DNA of 15,032 nucleotides from the NCBI GenBank assembly GCA_965233585.1, contig CBDDTI010000082.1, positions 1-15,032 on the forward strand, written 5' to 3'. The notes below the pieces were generated by a model, which worked only from the letters and a program-made list of their open reading frames with translations, was not told the DNA's origin and did not search any database. Below, one piece after another: positions 8,127-15,032 of this stretch. Source of the stretch: a bacterium (GTDB taxonomy: Bacteria; SAR324; NAC60-12). The first letter of the stretch is position 1; each line of letters begins with the position of its first letter. The position numbers and the translations under genes are program-made.

Positions 8127-8669
8127 TTATTCAGTTTTATATTTTTTCAGCAATTCATAAATAATTTTTATTCCTTGTTTAGCGTCTTTTTCGCAGGAAG
8201 CACCAATTATTACTATTTTTCCAGACGAAAATATTAAAGCAGAACACTTCTTTAATGTTAAAAACATTCCAGGAAATTTCTCACAGTCGTATCTTTTTTG
8301 GATAATTTCAAAATCTACATTTAATTTCAAATTGTTGTAAAATGTTAATAAATTGATTTTTGATGACATATGACACAAACAAGTCATGTTTTCTATTTTA
8401 AACTTTTCAGTAATAAATTTATTACTTATAACAAGTTTTAATTCGTCTAATGCTTTTGGTATATGCTCTGTGGAAGGGATTTTAGTAATATTTACGTGGA
8501 AATTTTGATTTTGCTTTGTTTTAGTAAACACAATAAAAGAATATTTTTTCTTAACAACAGTAAAATTATTATAATGTTTTAGTACATTATCAGTATTAAA
8601 AGAAATTTTGTCGCTGTCGATGAGACGAATTTTGCAACTGATTTTAACATTGCTGACCATCACTTCCAT
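8127..8669 (-). CDS. TBP: TATA-binding protein-like (core only, divergent first repeat), 180 aa
   Basis: Second repeat KIENM...INL...YDCEKFPGMF...ALIFSSGKIVIIGA...IYELLKKY matches TBP YEPELFPGL...LIFxSGKVVxTGA. First repeat VSNVKIS..NFTVV..FIVF..VNITK is degenerate. Confidence 0.9.
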   Translation of the reverse strand: MEVMVSNVKISCKIRLIDSDKISFNTDNVLKHYNNFTVVKKKYSFIVFTKTKQNQNFHVNITKIPSTEHIPKALDELKLVISNKFITEKFKIENMTCLCHMSSKINLLTFYNNLKLNVDFEIIQKRYDCEKFPGMFLTLKKCSALIFSSGKIVIIGASCEKDAKQGIKIIYELLKKYKTE

Positions 8670-8675
8670 CTTGGT

Positions 8676-10025
8676 ATGGGCTTGCCCGACAAAAGCGGAA
8701 TTGCTGGATTAGCCGTGGAACAAAACGATGGCACAGAAAGTGGTTTAGCGCTTCACGCACCCTTAGAAGTGGAAACGGGTCTATTGGAAGGGGCTCACGT
8801 TATTTACAATAGCGTGGCTTCTATCACCAACACCGGACCGGTAGAATTTCTTGTTCCTCGCGACAACGAGTGTTCTTTTATACTGAGTCAAACCAGACTC
8901 AGTGGACATTTTGTAGTGACAAATGATGATGGTGGCTTTGTTACGGACGCAAGTAAAACCGCGTTGGTAAATCATTTTGCTGCTTGTTTATTCAGTCAAG
9001 TAGAAGTATATTTGAATGGAGTTCAGGTAGCTGATTTAAGTTCGGCAGTCACCTACCCCTGGAGAATGTTTTTACAATCATATTTAAGTTACAATATTGA
9101 CGTAAAAGACACTTATCTGTCTGCTGAAGGATATTATCCTGAAACTGAAGACGAAACTACTGCCACCAAAATTACTGATGAAGTTTCTTCTAGTTCTTTG
9201 AAAAAAAGAAAGAATTTAATTTTAAACGGAAAAAAAGTATTTTTCAACTCGCGTATAGCTGTTGATCTGTTTGACACTGATCGATTCTTACCACCAAATG
9301 TGGATATCAAGATAAAATTGGTTAGATCGGCTGAAACATTTGGTTTGCTTCAAGATCCTGCAGCAGCAAAACCTTTCAAGATTGTGTTGAAAGATGTCAA
9401 ATTGCATATGAGAAAAGTGTTGCCCACGTTGATAATACGAGAAAGTTTCAAAAACAAACTTTTAAAAGAACCGTGCTACCTGCCTTTTAGCTCTACACGT
9501 TTAAGACATTACGTTATTCCTCAAGGCGTGTCGTCTTTTAACATCGCTAATATTGCTAATGGAACATTACCCAAACAAGTGTTTTTTGTGATGGTTCACA
9601 ATCAGGCTATGTCGCATGCTCCCGACAAAAATCCTTTTAATTTTCAACACTTTAATCTTTCCTCGTTTAATTTAAAAAAGAACGGACAATGCGTATTTCC
9701 CAAACCTTTTCAACCTAACATAGGGGAAGGGGACGCCGTTGACTTATATCGACATTTATACGACAGTATAGGTATTTCGCACGGCAATCAGTCCATTGGC
9801 TTGACGTATGATGCTTTTATAGATGGAAGATTTTTTCTGGCGGCCGACTTGACACCGGATCAATGTAATTCTTACCACACACATCCAGAAAATTATGGAA
9901 ATTTAGATTTAGAGTTGGCTTTTTCCCAAGTCACTCCCCATCCAATATACGTTCTAGCCTTATCTATTTTTAACTCCGGTATTAAAATAGATCAATTTCA
10001 ACAAGTCATGAAAGGAACCAATTAA
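8676..10025 (+). CDS. Maverick major capsid protein (double jelly-roll, hexon-like), 449 aa
   Basis: GPVEFLVP, LFSQVEVYLNG, DLFDTDRFLPPNVDIKIKLVR, LPKQVF..MV, NPFNFQHF, DLTPD and GNLDLELAF are conserved Maverick MCP blocks; the gene sits next to the protease. Confidence 0.92.
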   Translation: MGLPDKSGIAGLAVEQNDGTESGLALHAPLEVETGLLEGAHVIYNSVASITNTGPVEFLVPRDNECSFILSQTRLSGHFVVTNDDGGFVTDASKTALVNHFAACLFSQVEVYLNGVQVADLSSAVTYPWRMFLQSYLSYNIDVKDTYLSAEGYYPETEDETTATKITDEVSSSSLKKRKNLILNGKKVFFNSRIAVDLFDTDRFLPPNVDIKIKLVRSAETFGLLQDPAAAKPFKIVLKDVKLHMRKVLPTLIIRESFKNKLLKEPCYLPFSSTRLRHYVIPQGVSSFNIANIANGTLPKQVFFVMVHNQAMSHAPDKNPFNFQHFNLSSFNLKKNGQCVFPKPFQPNIGEGDAVDLYRHLYDSIGISHGNQSIGLTYDAFIDGRFFLAADLTPDQCNSYHTHPENYGNLDLELAFSQVTPHPIYVLALSIFNSGIKIDQFQQVMKGTN

Positions 10026-10028
10026 AAT

Positions 10029-10511
10029 ATGAAGGGTGGGTTATCAAATATCTTTTTAAACAATTACATTAGACCCAGATGTAAGAATTTCGTCGGGGTA
10101 TTTTCGGTCGACGACTTGCCATCTGATCTGCTTTCATTGCCTTGCTGTCTGATCGCTAACTTATCCAAAAGAAATCAAGAAGGATCTCATTTCGTGGCAA
10201 TGTACATTAACAAGAAAAATCAACTTTATTATTTTGATTCTTTCGGTTTTTTACCGCCGATATGGAATAAATGCCTGATGAAGTTTTTACGACCCTGGAT
10301 AGAGAAGAACTCCTTCAAAATTGTCTTATCTCACTCAATTCAAAGTTTCCGTTCTTTGTTTTGCGGATGGTACACGTGCGCATTTTGTTTATCTGTGGGC
10401 AACAATTTAATGACCCCTCAACAATTCGTTAAAATATTTGTAAAAAATCCCAAATCAGAAAATGATAAAATTGTAACTCATTTTATAAAAAAAATTGAAA
10501 ATAAATGTTGA
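10029..10511 (+). CDS. Adenain-like (Ulp1/C5) cysteine maturation protease
   Basis: FVGVFSVD, IANL...GSHFVAM (His), YFDSFG (Asp), IQS...CGWY (Gln/Cys). Confidence 0.94.
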   Translation: MKGGLSNIFLNNYIRPRCKNFVGVFSVDDLPSDLLSLPCCLIANLSKRNQEGSHFVAMYINKKNQLYYFDSFGFLPPIWNKCLMKFLRPWIEKNSFKIVLSHSIQSFRSLFCGWYTCAFCLSVGNNLMTPQQFVKIFVKNPKSENDKIVTHFIKKIENKC

Positions 10512-10523
10512 TATATTTTACTT

Positions 10524-11984
10524 TCATAACTTTGGATATTTTCCTGAAAAAAGTTTTTTAACAGAATCTACTTTAGCTTCTGATTTAGACATTTTTCTTG
10601 TTTTTGATCTGGTTTTTGCGGGAGACGTACTAGCTTCAATTGGGTCCCTTTTTATTGGGCTTTTAGATTGTGACATTTTCATTGATTTTGATCTGGTTTT
10701 GGTTTGTGCAGGAGTCATGTTAGCATCAGCAGAATTTCTTTTTGTTGCACCCTTTGATTTAGCTTTTCCAGCTGAAAATCGTATTTTAACAGGTGTAAGT
10801 GGAAATGAAGGGGAAGAGCTTCCAATTCCTCTTAATCTTCTTTTTCGAGGGGTAGAGGTCATTCCAAAAATTTTATTTTGATTTCTTACAGACAATTCTT
10901 TATAATGATCTTTCATCATATGTTTGGCAAATTGTGGAATGCCAACATATTGCTTCCCGCAATTGGGAAAGGGACAAACTATTTTGCCGGCCGCATTCTT
11001 TTCTTTCACTGCTTTTGCAATTGGTGTATTTCGCCAATTTAACACAACTGGAGATTTTATTGCGGAAAGTGTGTATGAGTAATCCGTTTCATTTGAGCTG
11101 TTTCTTCTAGCGTAAGGGCTGGAAATCATTCCTTTAATGGTCTTTTTGTCTTTCAAAGCTATATCTTTAGGATGATCTTTTAGCAAATGTTTGCCTAATT
11201 GCCCTTCGTCAACATATTGCTTCCAACAATCAGGAACTGGACAAACTAATTTGCCTTTTGAATTTCTTTTCGTCATCGCTTCTAAAACAGGTGTTTCTCG
11301 CCATTCTTCTCGTTTGGTAGCAACAGGAGTTGAATAAGCTGATTCGTTCGGACTTTTTGTTTTTTCAGGACTAAGAGATTTTTCTGCAACAAATTGTCTT
11401 TCAATAATGGGGGTACTAGGTAAATTATTTTCTTCTTGTTGGGGAATTTCAGTGGGTGTTCTGTAAAGAGATACGTCCGTGAGATCCATATTGGTATCAA
11501 TTCGAGCAGGTGTTAGTGCATTTGGTATTTCTTCTCGTTGCATAATTTGGGTGGATGGTGATCTTAAAACCGGGTGGTAAGCGCGGTCAATACTGCTACC
11601 TTTTTGGGTAACTCGACCAGGAGACATTACATTCTGTATTTCTTCTCGTTGAGGAATTTGAGTGGATGGTGATCTCGAAAGAGATTGGTAAGTACGACCC
11701 ATGCTATCAGATTGGGCAATTGATGTGACATTCGGTAATTTATCAGACCCAAAACGAAGTAATTTATCCCCAGTTTGGATTGTTTTCTGTCTGTCTTGTA
11801 GATTTTTAAATTTAATGGCATTTTCAATATAGTTGGTTGTTTCCGGTTTTTCATTCATAGAAATAAGTTCCTTTTTTGATTCATCGTCTTCCGTATTTTT
11901 TATTAATGAATAATATAATCTTTTAGGTACTAAAAACATGGAATACATTTCATCATGTGGTTTTATTTTTACTCCTGAGCTCAT
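10524..11984 (-). CDS. 486-aa protein with two C2H2 zinc fingers, S/T-P-rich repeats and a basic tail
   Basis: CPVPDC-x12-HLLKDH (11172-11243) and CPFPNC-x12-HMMKDH (10905-10976). Repeats RSPSTQI.QREEI. N-terminal MFLVP and position after the PW-like gene recall Maverick PZ (inference). Confidence 0.85.
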   Translation of the reverse strand: MSSGVKIKPHDEMYSMFLVPKRLYYSLIKNTEDDESKKELISMNEKPETTNYIENAIKFKNLQDRQKTIQTGDKLLRFGSDKLPNVTSIAQSDSMGRTYQSLSRSPSTQIPQREEIQNVMSPGRVTQKGSSIDRAYHPVLRSPSTQIMQREEIPNALTPARIDTNMDLTDVSLYRTPTEIPQQEENNLPSTPIIERQFVAEKSLSPEKTKSPNESAYSTPVATKREEWRETPVLEAMTKRNSKGKLVCPVPDCWKQYVDEGQLGKHLLKDHPKDIALKDKKTIKGMISSPYARRNSSNETDYSYTLSAIKSPVVLNWRNTPIAKAVKEKNAAGKIVCPFPNCGKQYVGIPQFAKHMMKDHYKELSVRNQNKIFGMTSTPRKRRLRGIGSSSPSFPLTPVKIRFSAGKAKSKGATKRNSADANMTPAQTKTRSKSMKMSQSKSPIKRDPIEASTSPAKTRSKTRKMSKSEAKVDSVKKLFSGKYPKL

Positions 11985-11986
11985 TT

Positions 11987-12361
11987 TTAACGACGACGTC
12001 GCGAACTCTTATTTGCAATAATTTGAGCCAAAAGAGGGATGACGGTGCTGGCGATCGCTGATAAAACTCCTAAAATTCCGCCCTTTTGTAATATTTTTCT
12101 TTTTTTTGAAATGTCGGAAGAACGACGCGGCGGTGCAGCAAGACGTCTAAATTCTGTCACATGAGCTCTTATCTTTTTTTGAAGACGTGTTCGTACTTTG
12201 CCATGTATGGGCAAGTCACCGTTCAACACGTAATGTAATATACGACAAAGCAATTCAACTCCACGATCGTCCAAATGACTTAAAAAATTGGCACAATCCT
12301 GATGTTTTAATTTTTTTATTACATAAAAAAGTGAACTAGCTTTTCCTAATGTTTTAGACAT
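11987..12361 (-). CDS. Small basic Maverick protein (PW-like), 124 aa
   Basis: LCRILHYVLNGDLP and KKRKILQKGGILGVLSAIASTVIPLL match the conserved small ORF found beside Maverick ATPases. Confidence 0.82.
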   Translation of the reverse strand: MSKTLGKASSLFYVIKKLKHQDCANFLSHLDDRGVELLCRILHYVLNGDLPIHGKVRTRLQKKIRAHVTEFRRLAAPPRRSSDISKKRKILQKGGILGVLSAIASTVIPLLAQIIANKSSRRRR

Positions 12362-12381
12362 TTTGACAGTTGCAATTTTTT

Positions 12382-12395
12382 ATTTTTCTTAAATA
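12382..12395 (-). promoter_or_regulatory. Candidate TATA-like promoter motif TATTTAAGAAAAAT upstream of the PW-like gene
   Basis: Begins 34 nt before the ATG; an identical 14-mer lies upstream of the ATPase gene. Confidence 0.4.
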
Positions 12396-12409
12396 GATAT
12401 GAAAATCCT

Positions 12410-13105
12410 TTAAACGGTAACGTAAGCTTTCATCAGTCCCTCGTACGGAAAAATGTTGCTTCGAATTCTGACTTTATCGTCTTGTTGTTGATGGAAATCT
12501 AGAAGGAGATATCCGTGACTTCGACCGTTAACAGCTTCCCTGTATGCTTTATTTAAAATTCCGACTCGTCCGGGGAAAATTTGTTTAGCCAAATGCGCAA
12601 CCGCACTTCTGTCCCGAGGATTGTTAAAAAGAACCATATACTGTGTGTTTATGCTTAATGTCCGCAAATCACCTTTTTTATCAAATAAATTTTGACACAG
12701 AAAAACGGTGAAACAATTGTAGTGATGAGTCAAAACCGTAAAAAAATGTTTTAATATTTGTCCAACATCGTCTAAATAATCATCAAAAACAACTAATTTG
12801 GGCATTTTTCTTGGATATGATTCCAAAATATCTTTTAGTTCTTCAATCGAATTTGGAATACTTTTAAATTTACGAAATGTTGGAAAGCGAGAGTTTGAAC
12901 GTTTGTCTCGATTCATATCATCTTCCATGTATTCATAAGCTTTTTGTGGTTCTTTGTAGAACAACAACATTGTTTCTGGTGGAGTTGCAAAATATTCATG
13001 CCTACCAACCACTAAATGTTTAAGCCACGTTGTTTTTCCACTCGATGTTGGGCCAACAATTAACATGTTGGAAGGAATACTGAACCTTAAATCAAAACCA
13101 TCCAT
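12410..13105 (-). CDS. A32/FtsK-like genome-packaging ATPase
   Basis: Walker A GPTSSGKT, Walker B LVVFDD, then THHYN, FLCQNLF, RTLSINTQY, NNPRD and GYLLLD. Confidence 0.95.
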   Translation of the reverse strand: MDGFDLRFSIPSNMLIVGPTSSGKTTWLKHLVVGRHEYFATPPETMLLFYKEPQKAYEYMEDDMNRDKRSNSRFPTFRKFKSIPNSIEELKDILESYPRKMPKLVVFDDYLDDVGQILKHFFTVLTHHYNCFTVFLCQNLFDKKGDLRTLSINTQYMVLFNNPRDRSAVAHLAKQIFPGRVGILNKAYREAVNGRSHGYLLLDFHQQQDDKVRIRSNIFPYEGLMKAYVTV

Positions 13106-13134
13106 TTTGCTAGTTTTTGAAAAATATTTAAAAA

Positions 13135-13148
13135 ATTTTTCTTAAATA
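13135..13148 (-). promoter_or_regulatory. Candidate TATA-like promoter motif TATTTAAGAAAAAT upstream of the ATPase gene
   Basis: Begins 43 nt before the ATG; identical to 12382-12395. Confidence 0.4.
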
Positions 13149-13168
13149 AAAGTAACAATATGTTTTAT

Positions 13169-13961
13169 TTATTTACAAATAGGGCATTTAGATGATTTGT
13201 TGTTGACAATAAGACAATTTCCTAGTGATAAAGTGTGATATCCGCAATTCAAAATGTGTCTTTTGGAATCCATTGCTGATAACGCAATCTTTCTTTGAAA
13301 ACATGTCCGAATTTTATGATTCTTTGATCTTAAGTTTTTGAAAGATTTGTAAATTAGAACAGCCCGTTTCAGACATTTTTTGTAATCGTTATAGGTTAAT
13401 TGCTTTTTTATGCTAGATTTTTTTAAACCTTTGCAAATTTTCTTTTCTTCTGTTTTGTTTTTGTCTGAAAAATCAGTAATTTTCATAGAATAACATTTTG
13501 GACGTGAGCCTATAAAGTGAGTAATAGCTGCTCTGCCTTTTAGTTCGTCTTTGAAATAAAAAAGCTGATTGGCTCTACTGTCATCGAAAAGAGGATGTTG
13601 TTTGGGGTACTTTGAAAAATCAAATATGTGCTCCAATTTTTTCATTTCCCTTTCCAAGTTGTTGCATCTTACTTTTAAGAGAAAAGAATCCGTGTCTGAG
13701 AAACATATAGACACATTTTCTTCGCCAAAATGTTGTTGAATCGTGTCATAATACGATCTGTACATAAACAACTTGGACAATTCCAAAATAGAAAATCCAA
13801 CAGCTAAAGGCTTCCTGAGCTCTATTATTGCCGGCTTCTTGTTGACAGCCACCAAGTTTTCATTGATGATTTGAAACTGTTGATGTGTTGACCAAGACTG
13901 GTTTTCCTTAAGCTCTGTTCATCACCACAAAGGATCACTTCAGAGTAATTTCGAACATTTT
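13169..13961 (-). CDS. polB: Protein-primed family B DNA polymerase, C-terminal part (probable last exon; one frameshift near 13900-13920)
   Basis: KPLAVGFSILELSKLFMY, FSDTDSF (motif C), FKDE, RPKCY, KGLK and DSKR. Upstream, ENVRNYSEV is in a different frame from QQFQIINENLVAV. It is preceded by ...ttattctgcatttcAG and an in-frame TAA. Confidence 0.9.
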
Positions 13962-14179
13962 CTGAAATGCAGAATAAGATTTATTTAATAAAGAAAATTG
14001 ATTATGTGCGCAATCACCTCAGCTAACTAGCCGTCCCATATCACATTTCATTTTCCTCTGTAATTAGCAATGTACTATAATTTACTTCAATTTGAAATCA
14101 TTCCTTTTTTAAAGCCCGACATAAACGGACATCAAAAATTCCAACAAAATAAACACTAAGTCAAAATGGATAAAAAAGA

Positions 14180-15031
14180 TCAGGAAAAGAGCAAAGCTTT
14201 TTGGTTAAAAGTAATAAAATCAGGCCAGGAGGAGGCAACTTCAAGTCCGACTTCTGGCAGTAGCTCTACCGGGGCTGCGGCTGGGGGAGCATGGTCATCT
14301 ACTAAAACTGAGGGAGCATGGTCATCTTCTGGGGCTGCGGGTGGAGGATCATGGACATCTTCCGAGCGTCCCGTGGCACCTGCTTGGCCATCACGGACTC
14401 CGTACAAGTCCGTCCCACAAAAATCAGGGTCGGGGTCGTGGAAGAGCGCATCTACTGCTGGGGTCGGGGGCGGAGGAGCATGGTCATCCACTAAAACCGG
14501 AGGAGCATGGTCATCTTCTGCGGCCTTGGGTGGGGAATCATGGTCATCTTCCGAACGTCCTGTGGCACCTGCTTGGCCATCACAGACCCCGTACAAGTCC
14601 GTCCCACAAAAATCAGAGCGGGAGTCGTGGAAGAGCGCATCTACTGTCGGAGCCGGGAGTGGGGGAGCATGGTCATCTACTAAAACTGGAGGAGCATGGT
14701 CATCTTCTGGGGCTGTGGGCGGAGGAGCATGGTCATCTGCTAAAAATGAGGGGGCATGGTCATCAACTAAAACTGCGGGAGCATGGTCATCTTCTGCGGC
14801 CTTGGGTGGGGGATCATGGGCATCTTCCGAACGTCCCGTGGCACCTGCTTGGCCATCACGGACCCCGTACAAGTCCGTCCCAAAAAAATCAGAGCCGGAG
14901 TCGTGGAAGAGCGCATCTACTACCGGGGCTGGGGGCAGGGGAGCATGGTCATCTACTAAAACTGGAGGAGCATGGACATCTTCTGGGGCTGTGGGCGGAG
15001 GAGCATGGTCATCTGCTAAAACTGAGGGGGC
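14180..15031 (-). CDS. Pro/Asp-rich repetitive protein (DDHAPP repeats), 5' end outside the window
   Basis: The frame stays open from the window edge (APSVLADDHAPP...) to the stop at 14180. Higher-order repeat spacings of 189 and 276 bp are multiples of 3. Confidence 0.55.
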   Translation of the reverse strand, partial: APSVLADDHAPPPTAPEDVHAPPVLVDDHAPLPPAPVVDALFHDSGSDFFGTDLYGVRDGQAGATGRSEDAHDPPPKAAEDDHAPAVLVDDHAPSFLADDHAPPPTAPEDDHAPPVLVDDHAPPLPAPTVDALFHDSRSDFCGTDLYGVCDGQAGATGRSEDDHDSPPKAAEDDHAPPVLVDDHAPPPPTPAVDALFHDPDPDFCGTDLYGVRDGQAGATGRSEDVHDPPPAAPEDDHAPSVLVDDHAPPAAAPVELLPEVGLEVASSWPDFITFNQKALLFS

Positions 15032-15032
15032 A
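14260..15032. repeat. GC-rich nested tandem repeat
   Basis: gagcatggtcatc recurs about every 27-33 bp. The block cgtacaagtccgtccca starts at 14401, 14590 and 14866. Confidence 0.92.

Larger units (their letters stand above)
1850..13961. mobile_element. Polinton/Maverick (adintovirus-like) endogenous DNA virus/transposon; left boundary approximate, extends beyond the right part of the window
   Basis: Tightly packed rve integrase, protein-primed PolB, packaging ATPase, adenain-type protease, and major and minor capsid genes form the diagnostic Maverick set. Composition shifts from the GC-rich retroelement to AT-rich sequence. Confidence 0.93.

Noticed and set aside
7301..8669. Archaeal or giant-virus contig origin suggested by TBP + TFB
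   Set aside because: The neighbours are the Maverick integrase, pPolB, adenain and capsid genes next to a Gypsy element; no archaeal or NCLDV core genes are visible.
10495..10881. 128-aa hydrophobic plus-strand ORF
   Set aside because: Non-ATG start; antisense shadow of the Lys/Ser-rich tail of the zinc-finger gene.

Overview
Eukaryotic genomic window. Positions ~1-1750 hold a GC-rich, decayed Ty3/Gypsy pol (protease + RT, minus strand). From ~1850 to at least 13960 lies an AT-rich Polinton/Maverick (adintovirus-like) endogenous virus with the full core set: minor capsid, rve integrase-chromodomain, basic core proteins, major capsid, adenain protease, packaging ATPase and the 3' part of pPolB. 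Unusual features of the element: (1) adjacent TBP-like and TFIIB-like genes inside the core gene block; (2) five evenly sized ~80-nt hairpins (2660-3246) with a conserved lower stem and different but still-paired upper stems, resembling a pri-miRNA cluster; (3) a tandemly doubled minor capsid protein; (4) a pPolB broken at a splice-acceptor-like site, with a GC-rich repeat ORF upstream; (5) a palindromic 32/64-bp repeat block near the probable terminus. All calls come from reading motifs by eye; no database searches or folding programs were run.
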